From positions 49,538,001 through 49,602,000 of the forward strand of contig OZ024751.1 of the NCBI GenBank assembly GCA_964016885.1: a stretch of DNA of 64,000 nt, in the 5' to 3' direction. Below, piece after piece: positions 1 through 12,925 of the stretch (positions are counted from its first letter, which is position 1; each line of letters opens with the position of its first letter). Under the pieces are notes generated by a model. The model was not told the origin of the DNA and ran no database searches. It saw nothing but the letters and a program-made list of their open reading frames with translations. This DNA is from Eledone cirrhosa. Its lineage: Eukaryota. The translations under genes and the position numbers were made by a program.

Positions 1-297
1 GGAAGGGGTAGCTAAACCTGCCAGTAGGAGAAAGGGGGAGAGGGGGTGGAGTAGACCCATTCATGCGTTGGTAGTGGCAGCTACAGCTGGGTGTGAGGTC
101 AAAGAGGATACTGGGAGGGGGAGGGGGGAAAGAGGTCGAAACGGTAAGTAGAACAATGAAAGGTAAAACTGTAAAAGGTACTGAGAGAGAAAAAAAAACA
201 TATAAGCAAAATCTTGTTACTAAGACTTAAGTCTCTCGCTATTGCTAGGCTGAAGAAATACATAAATAAATAAATAAACAGATAAGTGAATAAAAGA
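1..297 (-). repeat. Inverted arm of PLE copy 1 (copy of 3' UTR 2512-2807)
   Basis: GGAAGGGGTAGCTAAACCTGCC at 1 is the reverse complement of GGCAGGTTTAGCTACCCCTTCC ending 2807. The match continues, with few differences, to TAAAAGA at 291-297. Confidence 0.93.
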
Positions 298-298
298 C

Positions 299-1723
299 AC
301 TAGATTTATCCAGTTCGACATAGAGAGCTACTATGCTTCAATCACCTTACCGCTACTTACTGCCGCCTTGGACTTCGCCGAAGCACTTGTGCCCATCACC
401 GACCAGGAAAGAAAAATCATCCTCCACGCCAGGAAGACAGTCTTACTCTTTGACAACTCCAAATGGATAAAAAGAGCTCCTGACTCACCCTTCGACGTCA
501 GCATGGGCGCGACGGATTCGGCTGAGGTCACAGATCTTATAGGATTATTCCTTATAGCCAAACTCACCGATATGTTTCCTGCTTTCGGTGGTGGATTGTA
601 CCGTGATGATGGGCTCCTTACCCTTAATGGGTACAACCCCAGTAGTACAGATCGGGTCCGTAAACAATTAATCAGCTTCTTCCGCGACTGGGGATTTAAA
701 ATAACCCTACAAACGTCCCTGACCCGAGTTAATTTCCTGGACGTTACCCTCGATCTCAATAATGACCTGTACTACCCATACAGGAAACCCAATGACAACC
801 TGCACTACATCCACCGCCGATCTAACCATCCCAGGAACATCACCAACAACCTGGTCAAAAACATCTCCCTCCGTATATCCCGTTTGTCAGCTAATGAGAA
901 GATATTCGATGAACATGCGCCTTACTACAACCAGGCCCTCAAGCGGAGTGGTTTCCGGGAGGAAATATCCTACTGTCCAGCTCCCATTAGCGGAACCAGC
1001 AGGCGACACCGCCGCTCACGCAATGTAACATGGTTCAATCCTCCCCACAACGCTGAGGTGACAACTCCCATCGGGAATATTTTCTTTAGGCTCATTGAAA
1101 AACACTTCCCACCACAACACCGCTACCACAACATAATTAACAAAAATACCATCAAACTCTCTTACAGCACTACACCTAACTTCGCAGAAAAAATCGTCTC
1201 CTCCAACAACAAAAAACTCAACCCCGATGGAAGAAAAAACCTAAATAGTAGTAGAGACCCGACCAGGAGGTGCAACTGTCCTGATAGATCCAGTTGCCCC
1301 CTCGACAACAAATGCAGAGACCGTAATGTGATCTACCAGTGCAACGTGAGCACGGACACCTCCAACAAAGCTTATATAGGATTAACCGCATGCGACTTCA
1401 AGACCCGGCTATACCAACACAGACATACCTTCCGAAACCCGGCCCGGCGTCACGCCACTACACTTTCGGGCCACATATGGGACCTCAAGGACAACAACAT
1501 CAACTACGATCTCACTTGGAAATTACTGTCCAGAGCCAACTCTTACACGGGAGGACGCCGTCCGTGCAATTTATGCTCGGAGGAAACATTACAAATGCTG
1601 TTTTCGACGGACCAACTCCTAAACAAGAAAGATGAACTGGTTACTGCATGTAAACACCGATTACGTAGGACTTACCTCGCCCTCAAACCCCATAATGACC
1701 CGGGGGGTAGCCTAGGGCTATAA
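299..1723 (+). CDS. PLE reverse transcriptase / GIY-YIG endonuclease, N-terminally truncated (Hydra-clade-like)
   Basis: The frame is open upstream of the listed TTG start: TRFIQFDIESYYASI (RT motif A), DVSMGATDSAEV (B'), LYRDDGL (C), NFLDV, thumb WFNPP, linker CNCPDRSSCPLDNKC, GIY-YIG VIY..YIGLT..FKTRLYQH..LSGH..CNLC..LN..CKH. Confidence 0.93.
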   Translation, partial: TRFIQFDIESYYASITLPLLTAALDFAEALVPITDQERKIILHARKTVLLFDNSKWIKRAPDSPFDVSMGATDSAEVTDLIGLFLIAKLTDMFPAFGGGLYRDDGLLTLNGYNPSSTDRVRKQLISFFRDWGFKITLQTSLTRVNFLDVTLDLNNDLYYPYRKPNDNLHYIHRRSNHPRNITNNLVKNISLRISRLSANEKIFDEHAPYYNQALKRSGFREEISYCPAPISGTSRRHRRSRNVTWFNPPHNAEVTTPIGNIFFRLIEKHFPPQHRYHNIINKNTIKLSYSTTPNFAEKIVSSNNKKLNPDGRKNLNSSRDPTRRCNCPDRSSCPLDNKCRDRNVIYQCNVSTDTSNKAYIGLTACDFKTRLYQHRHTFRNPARRHATTLSGHIWDLKDNNINYDLTWKLLSRANSYTGGRRPCNLCSEETLQMLFSTDQLLNKKDELVTACKHRLRRTYLALKPHNDPGGSLGL

Positions 1724-2891
1724 CACCCCACTTGCCTATTTTGTAATGGGTAACCCCTGCTTGCCTATGGAGACGGAAGATCTTCTTTTACATTCTTTTA
1801 TCGCTTCCTCTATATTTCCTTCTTCCCCCCATCCCTCCCTAGTCCTTCTACCCCAGTTCCCTTTCTTTGTCGTCGTCTCTTTCTCGCCCACCCGAGGTAG
1901 CCCATCGGTCCCTTGTAGCTTCAGCACCCCAACCCCCTCCCCTATTCTATGATAGATGTGGCTAACTCCGCTTTTTATAGCAGAGGTGTTAGACTTCGGA
2001 TACTCGCCCCCTTCTCCGTACGCTGTCCCCTTTTTCCGTGCCTTCTATATTTCTTAGTGGCATCTTTGCTTTAATTTCTCGTTTATCCAGTATCTCTTTT
2101 TTCTTTTTCCCCTTTTTTTCGGGGGGGGGGGTTCCTGTATTAATTTTCCGTTCTTTAATTTTTCGTTCTTTACTTTTACTTCGTACGATCTTTCATGTAG
2201 CTTGTATAAGACCTTTTGTTTCGTGGCGGTACCCTTAGAGTTAGCACCAGTATTTTTTTGCGGGACACTGAATTATATTCTCGTACTAGTTTACTTTCTT
2301 GCACTGTGTGGTTGCTGGCCCTGTGTTTGGGGTAGTCTCTTTAGTATTCAGGCCCCCCTTTTGTTGACCCGTCACCGTACGATACACGCACTTATACCTC
2401 GTTTAAGGGTCCCTTTATTTCCGTCCCACCTAGTTTCTTTCTATTATTATCATTTATTTTTTTATTCTACATTATATATATATATATATTTTTTTAAATG
2501 TTTGTATCTATTCTTTTATTCACTTATTTGTTTATTTATTTATTTATGTATTTCTTCAGCCTAGCAATAGCGAGAGACTTAAGTCTTAGTAACCAGATTT
2601 TGCTTATATGTTTTTTTTTCTCTCTCAGTACCTTTTACAGTTTTACCTTTCATTGTTCTACTTACCGTTTCGACCTCTTCCCCCTCCCCCTCCCCAGTAT
2701 CCTCTTTGACCTCACACCCAGCTGTAGCTGGCACTACCAAAGCATGAATGGGTCTACTCCACCCCCTCTCCCCCTTTCTCCTACTGGCAGGTTTAGCTAC
2801 CCCTTCCCCCACCAAGTTGCCATCACAGATTTACTACTAACTTGTGATGTGACCAATCCTGGTGATTATCTCTTTGACCATATATGGAATT

Positions 2892-2986
2892 ACCCCTTGA
2901 TAAGTTCGGCTATTTAAATACCAGAATTAATTTTTCATTCAGTACAGAATTAGCCGTCGAAACGGCTTGAGCTCAGCCGTCGGGGT
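2892..2986 (+). ncRNA. Type I hammerhead ribozyme, U3-A8 core variant
   Basis: Stem I ACCCC/GGGGT; core TTGATAA; stem II G..CGGCTA/TAGCCG..C with a long loop; GAAA; stem III CGGCT/AGCCG; GUC triplet with predicted cleavage after 2981. Confidence 0.7.
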
Positions 2987-2996
2987 CTTACTTGTT

Positions 2997-3057
<61 letters not shown>

Positions 3058-3155
3058 CCAGTTTAACTCATTGCTTTATTACAGTTTTCGATATATTTCT
3101 TTCATCTCGGAAGTAGTCATAAGTATGTCTTTTGCTTATTAACATGCATATGTAT

Positions 3156-3253
<98 letters not shown>

Positions 3254-3272
3254 ATATAAATATAAATATATA

Positions 3273-3712
3273 TATATTGTTATACTTTCGGAGGGTCATG
3301 TTGCCAGTAAGAAACACACGCACCAGTTGCTTTCACTTCAATTTATTAAAAATTAAATTTATAAATTTATTAATTTATAAATTCCCGGTTGGTTGGTTGG
3401 TTCCACAACCAGCCGATTGTTCATATATTGTCAAAGTTCTTTCGTCACACATAAACAAAGAAAAGAATCCCCAGTCACTGAAGAGGTCACAGAATGTGTG
3501 ACAAAAGAACTTTGACAATATATAAACCATCGTCTGGTTGTGGAACCAACCAACCGGAAATTTATAAATTTAATTTATAATAAATTGAAGTGAAAGCGAC
3601 TGGTGCGTGTGTTTCTTATTGGCAACAAGACCCTCCCAAAGTATAACAATATCGGTTTCAACACACGTTTTCAAATAAAGAATCTTGCTAAACAAATTCA
3701 GAAACGAAATAT
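3273..3712. mobile_element. Palindromic PLE-end insertion in (TA)n; right arm has an extra ~60-nt tail
   Basis: 3273-3452 is roughly the reverse complement of 3494-3651. Flanked by (TA)n on both sides. A related copy lies at 63517-63962. Confidence 0.75.
3474..3516 (+). ncRNA. Minimal type I hammerhead (GAAA mutated to AAAA in this arm)
   Basis: GTCA CTGAAGA G GTCACA gaatg TGTGAC AAAA GAAC TT TGAC. The inverted arm (3429-3452) preserves TGTGACGAAAGAACTTTGAC. Confidence 0.65.
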
Positions 3713-3714
3713 AT

Positions 3715-3770
<56 letters not shown>

Positions 3771-3825
3771 AAATATATATATATATATAAATATATATGT
3801 ATATATAAATATATATATATTTATG

Positions 3826-3856
<31 letters not shown>

Positions 3857-3877
3857 GAATATATAAATATATATATG

Positions 3878-3911
<34 letters not shown>

Positions 3912-4408
3912 TATGGTGTCAGAGTTTTGAATATTCCACAACCTGTCTCGTATGGTCTGCATATCATTTAACTCTGAGAAATACCGCCATATACACGTAG
4001 CCATCACTATTTCGCTATTTGTTAAATTGACTTATGGAAAACATGATGTTACTCGTAACATGTATTTACATACACACAAGTGTATACATACACACACACG
4101 CATACACACACACACACATGCACTCACACCCACTCACACACACTCACACACACACACACATACACACACATACACACACGTACACACACATACACACACA
4201 CACATACACACACATACACACACATACACACACATACACACACATATACACATACACACACACACATACACACACCCATACACACATATACACAGACATA
4301 CACACACATACACACACACATACACACACATAAATTGACTTATGGAAAACATGATGCAACTCATTACATGTATTTACATACACACACACAAGTGTATACA
4401 TACACACT

Positions 4409-4456
<48 letters not shown>

Positions 4457-4506
4457 GTAACGGGTATAAATTGAAGTTGTAGACGCAGTATAGCAGATAC
4501 GAATCG

Positions 4507-4552
<46 letters not shown>

Positions 4553-4906
4553 AATCGCACACACATATATGTGTATGAGTATACATCAAAGCACTTTAGG
4601 ACAAAACTACTTGTAATTTTCGAATGAAGGAGAGAGTTAATTGAAAATAATTCAAGATAGTGCAGTTGCAGTTCAGAGACGTTGATGTAACAATTAGAAC
4701 ATTATGGACATCTATAGGTATGATGTCTAACATATGTATTCAGTCAGACACCTAGCTGTTGACGCAACAAGATCTCTTTTTATGTAATGAGACGTGAATC
4801 TCAGAGAATAATTTGACACATTTGCTTAAAGAGCGTCTATGCTAAAGCATGAAAGGCGACAATAAGTTGGCTGCTATTTGAAAATAGCATAACTAAAGAT
4901 GAATTA

Positions 4907-5076
4907 CCGTATTTCCCGGCGCCGAAGATGCTTCGTCCTCGATGACGCACCATAATTTTGACAATCAAAAATTTGAAAAAAAAATAATGAACAACCTCCG
5001 GCCTCCAGGACGCATGGTAGACATTTTAGACATATTTTAGGAAAAAAAGTAACGTCTTCAACGCCGGGAAATACGG
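4907..5076. mobile_element. Tc1/mariner (pogo/Tc2-like) MITE
   Basis: TIRs CCGTATTTCCCGGCG / CGCCGGGAAATACGG with TA on both sides (4905-4906, 5077-5078). Confidence 0.85.
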
Positions 5077-5174
5077 TAACTTCACATCCATGCTTACGAC
5101 TCCACCATTCAATCTATTTGAAGATAATATTAGATAGAAAAACAACAATGATGATGATGATATTATTAATAATA

Positions 5175-5553
5175 ATTGTTTCTACTTTTGGCAGAAGGCC
5201 AGCAATTAACCAGTACATTACTGGTACTTTATTTTATCGATCCCGTAAGGATGAAAGGCAAAGTTAACCTCGGCTTGATTTGAACTCAGATCGTAAAGGG
5301 ACGTAACTACGCTGGAAAGCATGACCGACCCTCTACCGATACTGCCAATTTCCCTTTCTCATATAGGCACAAGACCAAACATTTTCGGGGAGGGGAAAGT
5401 CGAATAAATCGACCCCAGTGCGTGACTGGTACTTTTATTTTATCTACCCCGTAAGGATGAAAGGCGACGTTAACCACGGCGGAATTTGAACTCTGATCAT
5501 AAAGGGCCGTAACTCTATGCTCGACGCCCTACCGATACTGCAAATCCACTGTC
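5175..5553 (-). mobile_element. Two adjacent tRNA-derived SINE copies (5175-5352, 5355-5553)
   Basis: Reverse complement shows Pol III box A (TGGCAGTATCGG) and box B (GAGTTCAAAT), plus the shared body TTTGCCTTTCATCCTTACGGGGTCGATAAAATAAAGTACCAG. Confidence 0.85.
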
Positions 5554-6023
5554 TTAACATCTATCATAATAATAATTATGATTACGTAATTGAACACAAT
5601 TGTAACCATATTCCAATAGTTATGATAATGTGAAATGACGTACAATAGAAAATCGAGAAGAATAAACAGTTAACCATGAGGTATGATGGAAAGAAATTGG
5701 TAATAGTTCACGGATTATATAATACGCACACAAAACGACACTCACACACACACAAACGTACACACACGCACACACACACACACACGCACACATACACACA
5801 CACACCCACGCACACACATACACACATCTCATACACACACATATACACACACACAAACATAAATATGTATGTTTTTACGAATGCAATCATACGTATAAAA
5901 ATGTATATAAACACATTTATATATACATATATATATATAAATATGTGTGTGTGTGTGTATATATGTCTATATATATATACATATATATATGTATATGTAT
6001 ATATATATATGTAAGTATGTATG

Positions 6024-6263
6024 TATACGTACATACATATATGTATACAGACGTACAGTAGCATGCATATATATAAATATATATATACATATATACATAC
6101 AGGTACACATACATATATGCACATATCAGTTTAGCGGACGCTTATTATAACGCCGCTTTGTTCGTGTGTACCTGTATGTATATATCTATATATATATATG
6201 TATGTATATATATATATATATGCATGCTACTGTGCGTCTGTATACATATATGTATGTACGTAT
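6024..6263. repeat. Imperfect inverted repeat built from microsatellite-like sequence
   Basis: ATACGTACATACATATATGTATACAGACG..AGTAGCATGCAT..CAGGTACAC (~6024-6108) mirrors ~6165-6263, around a GC-richer central hairpin GCGG..CCGC. Confidence 0.6.
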
Positions 6264-6291
6264 TTCATTTTATTTCAACTTATATATATAT

Positions 6292-6608
<317 letters not shown>

Positions 6609-7057
6609 CACATATATATATATACATACATATATATATATATATTTAAAGCGCTCATATGTGAGAGTCAGAGAACAGTAAAGACTGAATGGGATCGTAG
6701 AAAGAGAGTAACAACAGTAACAATAAAAACAACAACAATAACAACAACAACAACAATAATAGTAACAACAACAGTAATAAATACAACACCAATGCGATTA
6801 AACCTCATAAATATTAATCTAAATACTAATAATTTAAAAAAAAAAAAGATAGCAATGACATAAATAATAAGGAAAATGTTTTCTACTCTCTCGCCTTATT
6901 TATATTATTAATAGTTTTAGTAGTAAACAAAAATAATAAAATAGATACCACCATTGACCGATCTATGGAATATTAAATGAAATTCTTTATTTTGTGGAAC
7001 CTCAAATACATATCGGAAAGAGAAATAGAAAAATAGTCATAAAAATACTGAAGGGAA

Positions 7058-7163
<106 letters not shown>

Positions 7164-7259
7164 TGTGCGTGAGTGTGAGTGTGTCGTCTGTACGTGTATT
7201 TGTATATGGTTGTTTATGTTTGTAGGTGTAAGCGTGTATGGGTGTGTGTGTGTTTGTTC

Positions 7260-7297
<38 letters not shown>

Positions 7298-7393
7298 ATA
7301 TACATATACATATACATATATATATATATATAAATATATATATATGTGTATATATATATATTCATACATACATATATATATATATATACATAC

Positions 7394-7424
<31 letters not shown>

Positions 7425-7488
7425 AGTGGGTGTGTATATGGTGTATATGTTTGTAAGTACACACACACACAAACGCACACGCGCACAT

Positions 7489-7541
<53 letters not shown>

Positions 7542-7854
7542 AAACTATTGAATTCAATCAATATTTTATTTCCCTTCTATACAAATACTTTACGCATAAA
7601 GAATTCTACTGGTGTGATTTTTTCTCTCCAAAAACTGACAGTATCTCAGGCTATATATCCACCATATTTATATAGACTTGTTGAAATGAAACACTTCTAT
7701 TATCTCAGACATCTGTCTTTCTATCTATCTTTCTATTATCTTTCTTTCATTATTTAGCCTCCTTATACTCACACACATTCTGTATATCATATCCTATCAT
7801 CCTCTCCATTGGGTGAGACACATTAACTAACTCATAGACTTATATATATATATA

Positions 7855-8082
7855 TATTAAATTAACAGATTAAAGTTTAAGCAAAGAATCGCTGCTTTCA
7901 CCCTTAAAGGGATCTTCTGGAGTTTCAGAAGATCCCGTTAAGAGTGAAAGCAGCGATTCTTTGCTTCAACTTTAATCTGTTATTTTAATAAATATTTGCT
8001 CTACGGTTCTTATATATTTGATATATATTTATCCCTACCGAGCCCTGTTTGGATTTTAGTCTTCAAATTTACAATTATTACT
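7855..8082. mobile_element. Palindromic PLE-end insertion (family D) with right-arm tail
   Basis: 7855-7920 mirrors 7925-7990; tail 7991-8082. Same family at 31278-31473 and 33468-33670, with fragments at ~10760-10818 and ~52656-52695. Confidence 0.8.
7921..7971 (+). ncRNA. Hammerhead-like motif with CAGAAGA core (slightly decayed copy)
   Basis: AGTTT CAGAAGA TCCCGTTAAGAGT GAAA GCA..TGC TT CAACT. A cleaner copy is at 33600-33650. Confidence 0.55.
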
Positions 8083-8084
8083 AT

Positions 8085-8119
<35 letters not shown>

Positions 8120-8347
8120 CAATATTAAATAAATGGAAACTATATTTATAAAACCATATTTATTTCATTATATATATTTCGGGGATATCATATATCCCCG
8201 AAATATATATAATGAAATAAATATGGTTTTATAAATATAGTTTCCATTTATTTAATATTGTAAATATACTCCAAATATTTGTCGAGTGCTTTTATATCAG
8301 TTATAAATATTTACTAGTTGTAACCCAACAATTTTAAATATAACTTT

Positions 8348-8350
<3 letters not shown>
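8120..8350. mobile_element. Palindromic PLE-end insertion (family C), truncated inside the hammerhead, with right-arm tail
   Basis: Centre CGGGGATAT..ATATCCCCG; arms contain only the 3' half of the ribozyme (GAAA TATATA TA ATGAAATA); tail 8262-8350. Same family at 30771-31234 and 35248-35466. Confidence 0.75.
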
Positions 8351-8402
<52 letters not shown>

Positions 8403-8408
<6 letters not shown>

Positions 8409-8608
8409 CAGAGTTGACATTGCACTCAGTGCTCCTGTGTGAGCCCCTATATGGACACACTGGAAGAGTAAGACCAAGGTTAACGTATGTTGATGCCCTA
8501 AGGACAGACACTGGTCTGTTGGAGACGTATGGCATGGCAGCGATAATGAGGGACAGAGAGCGCTGGAGAGAACTCGTCCATGGATCTCAGGAATTTTACC
8601 TGCCCTAG
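8403..8608 (+). mobile_element. RTE-clade LINE 3' fragment
   Basis: HPELTLHSVLLCEPLYGHTGRVRPRLTYVDAL..MRDRERWR, then stop, then (TA)n. Homologous to 8895-9325. Confidence 0.8.
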
Positions 8609-8626
8609 ATATATATATATATATAT

Positions 8627-8821
8627 ATTTGTGTATAGTGGGAGCTATGGTGCTTCCGTAGGCGGTATGCTAAAATTAGCACTCGATATCCATCAGAGTA
8701 GAGTGTAGATATTATAAAGAAAACGAAAATTCAGTGATGCATCTGGACTTAGTTTATTTCGTGTTACATTTGTAACTCGAAATAAACTAAGTCCAGATGC
8801 ATCACTGACTTTTCGTTTTCT

Positions 8822-8830
<9 letters not shown>
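8627..8830. mobile_element. Palindromic insertion (family H) with left-arm tail
   Basis: 8709-8769 mirrors 8773-8831 around GTTACATTTGTAAC. The tail on the minus strand has CACTC...GAGTG. (TA)n on both sides. Confidence 0.65.
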
Positions 8831-8890
<60 letters not shown>

Positions 8891-8894
8891 TATT

Positions 8895-9325
8895 CTAAGG
8901 CGGGTAAAATTCCCTAGATCCATGAGCGAGTTCTCTCCAGCAGTCTCTGTCCCTCATTATCGTTGCCATGTCCTGCGTCTCCAACAGACCAGTGTCTGTC
9001 CTTAGGACATCAACATACGTTAACATTGGTCTTCCTCTTCTAGTGTGTCCATGTAGGGGCTCCCAAAGGAGCACTGAGTGCAATGTCAACTCTGGATGTC
9101 GGTGAGCATGTCCAGCTAGCCCCAGTCTCTTCTGTATCAATTTTGAGTTGACTTTTGGGATGCTCCCATACAGCTCTGAGTTTTTCATCCTCAGTGTATA
9201 CTGATTAATGTTCAGAGCCATCCTCGGCATTCTCGTGTAGCACCCATCCACCATTTGAGTGAGTTTCTTGGTCAGTGTCCAAGTCTCAGACCCATACAGC
9301 AGCACAGACTCCACTACAGCAGTAA
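8895..9325 (-). mobile_element. RTE-clade LINE ORF2 C-terminal fragment
   Basis: ESVLLYGSETWTLTKK..DGCYTRMPRMALNI..RLGLAGHAHRH..RGRPMLTYVDVL..MRDRDCWR, typical of the RTE/RTE-X post-RT region. Confidence 0.85.
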
Positions 9326-9352
9326 GGTATTGTCAGCCATTGAAAAGAAAAG

Positions 9353-9400
<48 letters not shown>

Positions 9401-9682
9401 GTTATCAGGCAAATATATATACATATTCATCAAACTTGGATTCACACGTAATTGTTTGGTAATGTAATTCATTAAATAATAGATATTTATTCAGAATGTT
9501 GTGTATTTTAGTCTATTTAAGATATGAGATAATACAAGACACATCACTAGACTAAACAGCAGGCCATCATAATGTTAAAATAAGCTACTGAGCAAACTAG
9601 TCTTCCGTAAAATAAAATGTTCCTGAAACACACTAGCTTTTTGCCACGTTAAATATTGAACACTACAAAATACCATATATAG

Positions 9683-9800
<118 letters not shown>

Positions 9801-10073
9801 ATATATGTATATATATCTATATATATCTCTATATATATGTATATATATACGTATATATATGTATATATATATATATATATATATAATAATAAAAGGCATT
9901 CCAACTTTGTCTGATTTACTCGTTTTATTTACAATCCTTTAAAATTTATAATGGTATTAGAATGAAATAGTATGGTAGAATATTAAATGTTAAGTGTTAA
10001 TTGAACAAGTACATTCATGCTTTCGCAATCTTCAGGTTCATATTGTGTGGTGACAGTCAAGTTTGCAATTTTC

Positions 10074-10129
<56 letters not shown>

Positions 10130-10132
<3 letters not shown>

Positions 10133-10742
10133 GTAAAATAACTGAGTAAAGGACTCGCGTACAATCCTGAAATTAAATGAACTCAAAGGAAACAGGTCAC
10201 TTTAAAATACAATATAGGAAACTGGTCACTTTAAAATACAATATATAGAGGGGAAAACACAGGAGAGAATGTTTTCCTTTACAGGAATTCCAAACTACCA
10301 GCGTGAAGAGAATATAAGCTAATAGAGGCATAGGAAAAACATTAAAATTAAAAGTATAAATTAAAATGAGAAACCAATCTCTTACCTAAATCACACATGT
10401 ACAATCTCACCAAGAGATTGTTTGGCCATTTTAGTGGGTTCCAGTTTGGCCTTGTGGGTCATCAGCATGTTGGAGAGACCGATATTGTCCGCATGACTAG
10501 AGAGAAATAACTATAGTAAACCACCTGTAGCACGTGTCGATATAAGGGAAATATGTGCGCGAGGCAGTGAGCGGTGGCATAAACAGAACAAGCTGCTAGA
10601 GATGGCAGCTTATACCGTTCAATTTATGGTGCCGACAGCAGAGAGAATGCAAAGAGCAAATATCAATTAAAATAACGGAGCAAAGGATTCGCGTATAATC
10701 CTGTAATTAAATGAGCTCAAAGGAAAGAGTTTTCCCCTCTAT
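10130..10742 (-). mobile_element. Decayed PLE-end-like element with ~65-bp direct repeats and a hammerhead-like motif
   Basis: AAAATAACTGAGTAAAGGACTCGCGTACAATCCTG (10135) recurs as AAAATAACGGAGCAAAGGATTCGCGTATAATCCTG (~10670). Flanked by (TA)n. Confidence 0.5.
10395..10470 (-). ncRNA. Hammerhead-like motif with a damaged or altered core
   Basis: Minus strand: ACATG CTGATGA cccacaa GGCCA..TGGCC AAA CAATCTC ttggt GAGATTG TA CATGT. Stems I and III are perfect, but G12 is missing and there is a 7-nt insert after A9. Confidence 0.55.
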
Positions 10743-10942
10743 AATATATATATATTCATTCAAATAACAGATTAAAGTTTAAGCAAAGAATCGCTGCTTT
10801 CACCCTTCATGGGATCTTATATATATGTATGTATGTATGTATGTATACCCACTGAATACGCAAGTGTGGTCTTTTTTCATTTTCTCGAGGTCCTTCCTCT
10901 TATGACCCTTTACTTTCTAGTTATCTTCTATTTCTAACCCTA

Positions 10943-10978
10943 TCATCTGATAGAGGAATAATGTCCGAAACGTTAAGA
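10943..10978 (+). ncRNA. Degenerate minimal hammerhead-like motif
   Basis: CTGATAGA GGA ataatg TCC GAAA CG TT AAGA; stem I is imperfect. Confidence 0.4.
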
Positions 10979-11093
10979 CCTTTTTCTGCTATTTCACGCG
11001 TAAAAATGATATATTTCTACCAGATACTCTAGGTTTTTTCGTTTTTTTTTTGTTATTTCTGTTTACTCTTTACACACATATACACACACACTA

Positions 11094-11125
<32 letters not shown>

Positions 11126-11416
11126 GAGGGTATGTGCGTATGTGTGTATTCATGTTACAATGTGTGTTTGTGTAGGCCTGTGAACCCAGGTGTGCAAGTG
11201 TTTATCTCAATGAACAAGGCAATAATGTATGCGGGTTATCTTAATAGGTATTTTATAACATTCCGTTTCCGAGATCAAATCCATCAATGAGTAATTCTAA
11301 ATTCCATCCTTCCGGGGTCGGGAACTGATGCATAATTAAACACTATTAACATAGATGATAAGAAGACAATCAATAATGTGTTCCAGAAAGATCTACCTAT
11401 CTAGTATCAAAGAATA

Positions 11417-11543
<127 letters not shown>

Positions 11544-11658
11544 GCACAGACACATATATGTGTGGGCGGGCCTAGTAACTCTATGTGTGAGTAACCAAAT
11601 GATATACATTCCTATATGTTCATGTTTAGTATATATATATATTATATTATATATATAA

Positions 11659-11696
<38 letters not shown>

Positions 11697-11813
11697 TGTA
11701 TATATATATACATACATATACATATATATGTATAGATATCGATATATATGTATATATGTATGTATATATATATATATGCATATGATATATATATATGTGA
11801 TTATATATGTATG

Positions 11814-11908
<95 letters not shown>

Positions 11909-11915
11909 GTATATA

Positions 11916-11977
<62 letters not shown>

Positions 11978-11991
11978 CATACATACATACA

Positions 11992-12027
<36 letters not shown>

Positions 12028-12370
12028 TATTTATATATATATCAACAAATGTTTTTAACAGAGGGAGTGCTAGGTAAATGGTTGAATAGCAAAAACACTT
12101 AGTGTCAGAGAGAATGGCTATTTAACTATTTTAGTGCCATTGTTTTACTCAGTTCAGTTCAATTGATTATCCTATCGTTTATCTTCAAAAGAAAAAGCAT
12201 TTCCTATTTGGACAATCTCGTCTTTCATAGAAAGTCGTTGATGTTTGTAGCTAATCTTATCTAGTATCTTCAAAAATCAATTTATTTTATAATGAAATTT
12301 ATTCATGGCGTGTGCTCTCGTACATACATATATATATGCACAAACACACACATACACACACACACACACT

Positions 12371-12411
<41 letters not shown>

Positions 12412-12591
12412 CCACACGTATACTCTCAAACACAAACACTCATTCATAAACACTCGCAAATAGAGACAGATACATATTTATGTACATAACAACGTTGAGC
12501 GCAGCGTAGAGTGTACCGAAACTGTACTTACCTATTATGCACTGTTGTATATATATATATATATATACATGTATGTATATGTATCTATATA

Positions 12592-12793
<202 letters not shown>

Positions 12794-12794
12794 C

Positions 12795-12838
<44 letters not shown>

Positions 12839-12839
12839 C

Positions 12840-12925
<86 letters not shown>

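Larger units (their letters stand above)
1..2999 (+). mobile_element. Penelope-like retroelement (PLE) copy 1, 5'-truncated, with an inverted copy of its 3' UTR at its 5' side; runs off the window start
   Basis: RT+GIY-YIG ORF (299-1723), ~1.27 kb 3' UTR ending in a hammerhead, then (TA)n from 3000. Bases 1-297 are the reverse complement of 2512-2807, the inverted 5' structure typical of PLEs. Confidence 0.92.

Noticed and set aside
331-1635. Overlapping ORFs 331-759(-), 762-1028, 1339-1635 (and 41183-41389, 42231-42754, 43862-44068)
   Set aside because: Shadow frames of the PLE ORFs with no recognisable motifs.
299-1723. Selenoprotein-type (in-frame UGA) or N-terminal-endonuclease (Naiad/Chlamys) PLE
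   Set aside because: There is no in-frame TGA inside either ORF, and the GIY-YIG domain is C-terminal.
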